From: Actinomycetota bacterium
Lineage (GTDB): Bacteria; Actinomycetota; UBA4738; HRBIN12
Reading direction: 5' to 3'
DNA length: 34,539 bases
Assembly: GCA_040902755.1 (NCBI GenBank)
Contig: JBBDWS010000053.1
Location: 1 to 34,539 of the forward strand
The position numbers and the translations under genes are program-made. Shown here one piece after another: positions 26,919 to 34,539 of this stretch (position 1 is its first letter; every line of letters starts with the position of its first letter). Under the pieces are notes generated by a model that ran no database searches, had not been told where the DNA came from, and saw only the letters and a list, made by a program, of their open reading frames with translations.

Positions 26919-28206
26919 CGCTGGGCCTTCCCGTCGGCAACGACGAGGTCGCCGCGATACAGCGTGTGGATCACCCGCCCTCGCAGGGTCGTGCCGAGGA
27001 AGGCGCTGTTCCGGCTCTTGGACGCGAAGGGAGGCTCCACCACCCACGCCGCTCCGGGGTCGAACGCAACGAGGTTCGCCTGGCGCCCGGGTTCGATCGG
27101 ACCGCCGTGCCCGGCGGCGCCGAGGATCCTCGCGGGGATCGTGGACATCGCCTCGATCGCCCGGGCGAGGGAAAGCAGGCCCGGGTCGATCAGATGGGTC
27201 AGGACCGCCGCCAGGGCGGTCTCCAGGCCGATCGTGCCGGGCGGCGACTGGTCGAACTCGGCCTCCTTGTCCTCGACCGCGTGCGGAGCGTGGTCCGTGG
27301 CGACGGCGTCGATCGTCCCGTCGGCCAGCGCGAGACGAAGCGCATCGCGATCCTCCGGCGTGCGCAGCGGGGGGTGGACCTTGAAGTTCGTGTCGTAGGT
27401 GCCCAGATCCTCGTCGCTGAAGACGAGATGGTGCGGCGTGACCTCGGCCGTCACGCGCAGGCCCTCGGCTTTGGCGCGCCGAACGATCTCGATCGAGCCC
27501 GCGGAACTCAGGTGACAAAGGTGCAGCCGCCCGCCGGTGAGCCTCGCGACCGCGACGTCACGAGCCACGACGATCTCCTCCGCCTCGCGTGGCTGGCCTG
27601 CCAGGCCGAGCGAGTAGGAGTGGTAGCCCTCGTGCATCTGGCCTCCCTCGGCGAGGGGGCCGTCCTCACAGTGTTCGGCGACCACGATCCCGTCGAAGGC
27701 CTTCGCGTACGTGAGGGCGTTGCGAAGGATGCGAGCGTTCGGCAGGCAGCGACCGTCGTCGCTGAACATGCGGACGCCCGCCTCGACCATCTCGCCGAGC
27801 TCGGCCATCTCCTCGCCACCGAGCCCTCGCGTGATGGCCCCGACGGGGAACACGTCGCAGAGACCTGCTCTCGCGCCGAGGCCGCGCACCTCGTGGATCA
27901 CGGCGGCGGTGTCGGCCACCGGTTCGGTGTTGGCCATCGGCGACACAGCCGTGAACCCGCCGAGGGCCGCTGCGCGGCAGCCGGTCTCGACCGTCTCCTT
28001 ATCCTCGCGACCGGGCTCACGGAGATGCGTGTGCAGGTCCACCAGCCCGGGCGCCAGCACGAGCCCGTCCGCGTCCACGACGGATGCGCCGGACCGAGAC
28101 GCGTCGACGCTCCCGATCACGCCGTCCTCGATCAGGACGTCGGCGACCTCGTCGCGCCCGGAGGCCGGGTCGACGACGCGACCGCCCTTCAGCAGGATGC
28201 GCTCGC

Positions 28207-28210
<4 letters not shown>
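26915..28210 (-). CDS. pyrC: Dihydroorotase
   Basis: Track ORF trimmed to GTG 28210 (GTGA overlap with the pyrB stop). [15 protein letters not shown]...[10 protein letters not shown]...ATDHAPH. Confidence 0.94.
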
Positions 28211-29832
<1,622 letters not shown>

Positions 29833-29962
29833 CCGCCCGCAGGATATCCTCACGCCCTATGAGCTGGCAACGAGCTCATCCGGTCGAGTCAGGCAGTAGG
29901 GCCTACACTTAGGCCATACATCCAGGCCAAGAGCCAGGCCAGGAAGGGTGAGGGTGGAGCAG

Positions 29963-30184
29963 ATGGTCGCCTACAGCGTCGGCCCCTTGGAGATCGCGAT
30001 CGTGGTGGGAATCATCATCCTCTTCTTCGGGGCCAAGAAACTCCCTGAGCTAGCGCGGTCGATCGGCAGGTCCTCCTCCGAGTTCAAGAAGGGCATGTCT
30101 GAGGGCGAGTCCGAGACTGACGTCGCCGGAACGAACGACACCGGCGAGCCGCGCGCAGAGCACAAGGCCGAAACGACGGAGTAG
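29963..30184 (+). CDS. tatA: Twin-arginine translocase subunit TatA/E
   Basis: Track ORF trimmed to ATG 29963. MVAYSVGPLEIAIVVGIIILFFGAKKLPELARSIGRSSSEFKKG shows the TM helix, FGxKKLPE and amphipathic helix. It is the only convincing plus-strand gene. Confidence 0.88.
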   Translation: MVAYSVGPLEIAIVVGIIILFFGAKKLPELARSIGRSSSEFKKGMSEGESETDVAGTNDTGEPRAEHKAETTE

Positions 30185-30186
30185 CG

Positions 30187-30591
30187 CTACCGCTCGGGGC
30201 CCAGCTCGGCGGCCACCTTGCCGAGGATGCCGTTCACGAACCGGCCCGAGTCCTCGGTCGACAGCTCCTTCGCGATCTCGACGGCTTCGCTGATCGCCGC
30301 GGCCGCCGGCACGTCCGGACGATGCATGAGCTCGAACACCGCCAGCCGCAGGATCGTGCGGTCCAGTGATGCCATCCGGTCGAGCGTCCAGTGCTCGGAG
30401 TGCGCCGACAGCACGTCGTCGATCTCGGGGCGGTTCGCGGTGACGCCCTCGACGAGCTCCCCCGCGAACGGGTCGATCTCGCGCCCCGCCGCGTGCCACT
30501 CCGCGAGGGAGAGCTGAGGATCGACCCCAGTGACGTCGGCCTGATACAGCACGTCGATCGCCTGGCGGCGCGCCCGGCGCCGCGACGTCAT
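30187..30591 (-). CDS. nusB: Transcription antitermination factor NusB
   Basis: 134 aa, ...RRARRQAIDVLYQAD...LDRTILRLAVFEL...AISEAVEIAKELS...FVNGILG. Confidence 0.93.
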   Translation of the reverse strand: MTSRRRARRQAIDVLYQADVTGVDPQLSLAEWHAAGREIDPFAGELVEGVTANRPEIDDVLSAHSEHWTLDRMASLDRTILRLAVFELMHRPDVPAAAAISEAVEIAKELSTEDSGRFVNGILGKVAAELGPER

Positions 30592-30595
30592 CGCG

Positions 30596-31159
30596 CTACT
30601 TCACCCGCTCCATGTACGCGCCCGAGCGCGTGTCCACCTTGACGCGCTCTCCCTCCTCGACGAAGAGGGGGACCTGGACGACGTGGCCGGTCTCGAGGGT
30701 CGCCGGCTTCATGGCGTTCGTCCGCGTGTCGCCCTTCACGCCCGGCTGCGTCTGCGTGACGGTGAGCGCCACCGACGCCGGGAGCTCGACCCCGATCGCC
30801 ACACCCTGATGGACGGCGACCTGCGCACTCGTACCCTCGGCCATGTAGTTCGCGGCGTCCCCCACGACAGCGGACTCGACGGGAAGCTGCTCGTACGACG
30901 CCACATCCATGAACGTGAAGTGCTCGCCGTCGCGATAGAGGTACTGCATCTCCTTGCGTTCCACGATCGCGAGCCCGACTTTCACGCCCGCGTTGAACGT
31001 CCGCTCGACGACGCTTCCGGTCTTCAGGTTGCGAAGCTTCGTGCGGACGAATGCACCGCCCTTGCCCGGCTTGACGTGCTGGAACTCGACCACCTGGAAG
31101 AGTGTGCCGTCCAGCTCGAGGGTCATGCCGTTCTTCAGTTCGTTCGTCGAGACGCTCAC
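30596..31159 (-). CDS. efp: Elongation factor P
   Basis: Track ORF 30596..32338 trimmed to GTG 31159 (GTGA overlap with the upstream stop). [44 protein letters not shown]... Confidence 0.95.
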   Translation of the reverse strand: MSVSTNELKNGMTLELDGTLFQVVEFQHVKPGKGGAFVRTKLRNLKTGSVVERTFNAGVKVGLAIVERKEMQYLYRDGEHFTFMDVASYEQLPVESAVVGDAANYMAEGTSAQVAVHQGVAIGVELPASVALTVTQTQPGVKGDTRTNAMKPATLETGHVVQVPLFVEEGERVKVDTRSGAYMERVK

Positions 31160-32232
31160 AGCACCACCAGTTCCTTGGTCGACCGAGGGATCGGGCGGCA
31201 TCCGTCGGCGGTCACCTCGACCATGTCCTCGATGCGGACGCCCCCGAGGCCCGGAATGTACACGCCGGGCTCGACCGTGACGACCGCGCCTTGGGGCAGA
31301 TCGTCCGGGACGTCCCAGCGCACGCGCGGGGCTTCGTGGATCTCCAGACCGACGCCGTGGCCGAGCCCATGGGGGAACTCCTTGCCCAAGCCCGCGTCCT
31401 CGATCACGCGCCGCGCGGCGAGGTCGACGTCCGCAGCGCTCGCGCCGGCATGCACCGCAGCGATCCCCGCCTCTTGTGCCGAAGCGACCAGATCGCGAAC
31501 CTCGCGGATCCGCGCGTCCGGCTCGCCGAAGGCGACGGTTCGGGTCATGTCCGAGTGGTATCCGTCCACCAGCGCGCCGAAGTCGAGCTTGACCACGTCG
31601 CCCCGGGTCAGCGGCCGGTCCGTGGGGTGGTGGTGGGGCTCCGCCGCGTGCTCGCCGAACGCCGCGATCGTCTCGAAGGCGCGATCGTCGGCGCCCGCTC
31701 GCCGCATCGCGATCTCGAGGTCCAGCGCGAGCTCGCGCTCGGCGATCCCCTCGCGGAGGCCACCGCCGAGGACGACCGAATCGAAGGCGGCGTCTGTCGC
31801 CTCCTGGGCGCGCCCGATCGCTCGCACCTCCTCCGGATCCTTGACGCGGCGCAGCTGCTCGACCTCCGGCCCGATGGGAACGAGCTCCATGCCGTCGAGC
31901 GCGCGTCGCAGGCGCTCCCAGGAACCGTGCGTCACGTCCTCGGACTCGAAGCCGATCCGCGTCATGGCGCGCGCGACGGCCTCCTCGGCGACGGGCGGCA
32001 CCGGCCCGGGATAGATCATCCGCTCGGCGTCGGGGACCTCGTGCCGCGACTGCTCCCGGTAGCGGCCGTCGGTGAAGAACACGGTCGCCTCCGTGCCGAC
32101 CAGCGCCTGCGCGTTCGAGCCGGTGAAGCCGGTGAGATACCGGACGTTCGGAAGACGCGTGACGAACAGCGCATCGAGTCCGAGCTCGGAAAGGCGCTCG
32201 CCCAGGAGCGCCCGCCTCAGCGCGTGATCCAC
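31156..32232 (-). CDS. pepQ: Xaa-Pro aminopeptidase / M24 family metallopeptidase (PepQ-like)
   Basis: Trimmed to GTG 32232 (GAGG about 9 nt upstream; overlaps the aroQ 3' end by 16 nt). Creatinase-like N-terminal domain plus [15 protein letters not shown] and GVRIEDMV metal ligands. Confidence 0.88.
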   Translation of the reverse strand: MDHALRRALLGERLSELGLDALFVTRLPNVRYLTGFTGSNAQALVGTEATVFFTDGRYREQSRHEVPDAERMIYPGPVPPVAEEAVARAMTRIGFESEDVTHGSWERLRRALDGMELVPIGPEVEQLRRVKDPEEVRAIGRAQEATDAAFDSVVLGGGLREGIAERELALDLEIAMRRAGADDRAFETIAAFGEHAAEPHHHPTDRPLTRGDVVKLDFGALVDGYHSDMTRTVAFGEPDARIREVRDLVASAQEAGIAAVHAGASAADVDLAARRVIEDAGLGKEFPHGLGHGVGLEIHEAPRVRWDVPDDLPQGAVVTVEPGVYIPGLGGVRIEDMVEVTADGCRPIPRSTKELVVL

Positions 32233-32651
32233 GGCAGCGCCTCGAGGGCCAGGTGATAGCCGCCGGCGCCGGCGCCGGCGATCGTGACCCGGCATGCGGG
32301 CGAGATGACGGAATGGCGACGGAACTCCTCGCGCGCATAGATGTTCGTCATGTGGACCTCGATCGCAGGAAGGCCGGACCCTTCGATCGCATCCCGCAAG
32401 GCGTACGAGTAGTGACCGAGGGCTCCGGGGTTGATCACGACCGATCCCCATCCCTCCCCGGCGGCGGCGAGGAGCCACCCGACGAGCTCGCCTTCGTGGT
32501 CGGTCTGCCGCCAGTCGGTCTCGTGGCCCAAGCGCGAGGCGCGCTCGCCGACCTCGCCCATGATCTCCTCGAGCGTCTGCGACCCGTAGAGATCGGGCTC
32601 GCGCGTGCCGAGCGCACCGAGGCTCGGCCCGAACAGGAACAGGACCCGCAC
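32217..32651 (-). CDS. aroQ: Type II 3-dehydroquinate dehydratase
   Basis: 144 aa, [23 protein letters not shown]...[16 protein letters not shown]...[17 protein letters not shown]. Confidence 0.95.
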   Translation of the reverse strand: MRVLFLFGPSLGALGTREPDLYGSQTLEEIMGEVGERASRLGHETDWRQTDHEGELVGWLLAAAGEGWGSVVINPGALGHYSYALRDAIEGSGLPAIEVHMTNIYAREEFRRHSVISPACRVTIAGAGAGGYHLALEALPWITR

Positions 32652-32684
32652 GCTACGCCCCCGTTCCGTTCCGTGTCATCGTCG

Positions 32685-33767
32685 TCATCGTTGGGCCATC
32701 TCCTCCAGGGTCTTGCGAAGCAGGTCTTCCGGGACGGAGTTCACCACGACCGGCCGGCCGACGTCTTCCAGGAGCACGAACCGCATCCCGCCCTGGAACT
32801 TCTTGTCCATCTGCAGCGCATGCAGGACGTCGTCGGCCGGCGGGATGGCGCCCGCGGTCTCCAGACCGAGCGAGGCAAGCAGGCGGGCATGCCGCGCTGC
32901 GAGCCCGGCCGGCGCGCCCCGCGCCTCCGACAGACGCGCCGCGAACAGCATGCCGACGGCGATCGCCTCGCCGTGCGTTCGGCCGGAGTACGACTCGAGC
33001 CGCTCGAGCGCGTGGCCGAGCGTGTGGCCGTAGTTCAGGATCAGTCGCCGGCCGGTGTCCCGTTCGTCTTCGCCGACGACGGCGGCCTTCGCGCGGACGC
33101 AGCGTGCGACCAGGCGCTCAAGAGCGGGCTCCTCTCGGGAACGAACCGGCGCGGGATCGCGCTCGAGCCCTTCGAGGAGATCGAGGTCCAGGGTGAGCGC
33201 GTACTTCGCGACCTCCGCGAGACCCGAGCGGAAGTCGCGATCGGAGAGCGTTCGAAGGGTCGAAACGTCCGCGAGGACCGCGGCCGGCTGGTGGAACGCT
33301 CCCACGAGGTTCTTCCCCTCGGGAAGGTTCACGGCGGTCTTGCCCCCGATCGAGGCGTCCACCTGAGCGGTCAGCGTCGTCGGCACCTGCACGAGCGGCA
33401 CGCCGCGCATATAGGTCGCGGCCACGAACCCGGCGAGGTCCCCCACGGCTCCGCCCCCGAGCGCGACGACGACGTCGTCACGATGGGCTTCCTGCGTCGC
33501 GAGCTGCCGTTGGAGCGCGGCCATCGTCTGGAGCGACTTCGCCTCCTCCCCCTGGGGGACCCCGAGGTGCACGGACGCGAGGCCTCGCGCGGCCAGGCCG
33601 CGCGTCAGGGGTTCGAGGTACCGGGCCGCGACGGTCGCGTCCGTGACCACGAACGCCCGCTCCGCCCCGGCCAGCTCCGGCAGGTTGGCTCCGGCCTGCT
33701 CGAGAAGGCCGGCCGCGATCGTCACGTCGTAGTCGCGGCCCCGGACCGCGACCCTCACGCGCTCCAA
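32685..33767 (-). CDS. aroB: 3-dehydroquinate synthase
   Basis: 360 aa, ...VVALGGGAVGDLAGFVAATYMRGVPLVQVPTTL...LNYGHTLGHALE... Confidence 0.95.
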   Translation of the reverse strand: MERVRVAVRGRDYDVTIAAGLLEQAGANLPELAGAERAFVVTDATVAARYLEPLTRGLAARGLASVHLGVPQGEEAKSLQTMAALQRQLATQEAHRDDVVVALGGGAVGDLAGFVAATYMRGVPLVQVPTTLTAQVDASIGGKTAVNLPEGKNLVGAFHQPAAVLADVSTLRTLSDRDFRSGLAEVAKYALTLDLDLLEGLERDPAPVRSREEPALERLVARCVRAKAAVVGEDERDTGRRLILNYGHTLGHALERLESYSGRTHGEAIAVGMLFAARLSEARGAPAGLAARHARLLASLGLETAGAIPPADDVLHALQMDKKFQGGMRFVLLEDVGRPVVVNSVPEDLLRKTLEEMAQR

Positions 33768-34255
33768 CGCAGGAGCTCTTTCTCGATCGCCGCCGCGACC
33801 TCCTCCACGGAGCCGCTCGCGTCGACGACGTGCGCTGCGAACTCGCGGTAGAGCGGCTCGCGCTGTTGCTGAAGGCGCTCCAGGTCGCCCTCCTCGCGGA
33901 TCAGCGGGCGGTCCTTCGCGGGAAGGACGCGGTCGCGAAGGACCTCCAGCGGGACGGACAGGAACACCACCTCGCCGGTCGCCCGAAGGGTGATCCGGTT
34001 CGCGGGCTCCAGGACCACGCCGCCGCCGCAGGAGATGACCGAAGGGTCGCGCCCGGCGGCTTCCGTCAGCGCCCCCGCCTCGAGCTCGCGGAAACGCGCC
34101 TCGCCCTCGCGTTCGAAGATCTCGCGGACGGTCGCGCCCGCCGCGCGCTCTATCTCGGCGTCGAGCTCCACGAACGGGACGCCGAGGCGCGCTGCCAGCT
34201 CGGGACCCACGGTGGACTTGCCCGAACCGGGCATCCCCACCAGGTACACGATCAC
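33755..34255 (-). CDS. aroK: Shikimate kinase
   Basis: Track ORF trimmed to GTG 34255 (GGGGG about 7 nt upstream). (V)IVYLVGMPGSGKSTVGPELAARLGVPFVELD... The stop overlaps the aroB start by 13 nt. Confidence 0.9.
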   Translation of the reverse strand: MIVYLVGMPGSGKSTVGPELAARLGVPFVELDAEIERAAGATVREIFEREGEARFRELEAGALTEAAGRDPSVISCGGGVVLEPANRITLRATGEVVFLSVPLEVLRDRVLPAKDRPLIREEGDLERLQQQREPLYREFAAHVVDASGSVEEVAAAIEKELLRWSA

Positions 34256-34368
34256 AACAGACCCCCGAACATGGACCTCATCATAGGGGGGCTCCTGGCC
34301 GCCCCAGGCCGAGCCCCGCGCCGCGGATCGTGCAAGGCGCGACCCAGAACCGTGAGCGCGGTATTGGT

Positions 34369-34399
34369 GAGGGCGGCCCCGCAAGACGGGGCCGCCCTC
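34369..34399 (-). terminator. 13-bp perfect GC-rich hairpin (candidate factor-independent terminator without a U-tract), preceded by a second imperfect hairpin at 34402..34436
   Basis: gagggcggccccg-caaga-cggggccgccctc. It lies about 45 nt downstream of the stop of the partial minus-strand ORF and upstream of aroK. Confidence 0.4.
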
Positions 34400-34445
34400 G
34401 AACCGGCGACCGCTCCCCCCGAGCGCAACCGCCGGTGGTGCGGGT

Positions 34446-34539
34446 TCAGTTCCTCGGGTTCTTGCACAACCTGAAGCTCTGGTCTCCGAACAAGAACCGC
34501 GCGCAGCGTCCGTCGATCTTCACGAGCTTGAAGCTCTCG
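34446..34539 (-). CDS. 3' end of an unidentified gene (partial; ...ESFKLVKIDGRCARFLFGDQSFRLCKNPRN*)
   Basis: The open minus-strand frame enters from the window edge and stops at TGA 34446..34448. It is too short for the ORF track. It has lower G+C than its neighbours and does not resemble an AroC C-terminus. Confidence 0.3.
   Translation of the reverse strand, partial: ESFKLVKIDGRCARFLFGDQSFRLCKNPRN

Noticed and set aside
34252-34467. 71-aa minus-strand track ORF (MQEPEELNPHH...) between the partial gene and aroK.
   Set aside because: It runs straight through the two strong hairpins and the aroK start region, has a low-complexity Arg/Ala/Gly composition, and has no RBS. It is more likely non-coding spacer.

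Overview
This is a 34.5-kb, high-G+C chromosomal window with Actinomycetota-like synteny. Almost every real gene is on the minus strand, and tatA is the only confident plus-strand gene. Read in the direction of transcription (high to low coordinates) the content is: a partial unknown gene; aroK-aroB-aroQ-pepQ-efp-nusB; a PyrR-regulated leader then pyrR-pyrB-pyrC-carA-carB-pyrK-pyrD(like)-pyrF; mihF-gmk-rpoZ-coaBC-metK-priA-def-fmt-rsmB; a receiver-GGDEF response regulator; an FMN riboswitch then ribD-ribE-ribBA-ribH-cupin; a cold-shock gene; and infC-rpmI-rplT followed by a TrmH-type methyltransferase. Most long plus-strand ORFs in the track are GC-driven antisense shadows, and several track ORFs run upstream of the true starts, so I trimmed them using RBS, stop/start overlaps and homology. 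The points most worth a second look are: (1) a visibly lower-G+C 2.7-kb IS1595-family element (51..2733) with perfect 27-bp terminal inverted repeats, carrying the transposase plus 3-4 orphan ORFs, including an overlapping 157-aa/75-aa pair; (2) a ~115-nt imperfect-palindrome repeat present in the same frame inside both priA and carB, possibly related to a CCTACCGCTTCGC-box repeat that is tandemly duplicated after rplT and lies in inverted orientation on either side of rpmI-rplT; (3) a TrmH methyltransferase fused to a histidine-kinase DHp/CA module whose ATP-binding residues are degenerate; (4) a PyrD class-1B homologue in the pyr operon that keeps FMN-binding motifs but lacks the catalytic Cys and the orotate-binding Asn residues; (5) three genes (infC, gmk, pyrF) whose conserved N-termini have no canonical start codon but do have in-frame ATA/ATC codons. 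No rRNA, tRNA or CRISPR array was seen.
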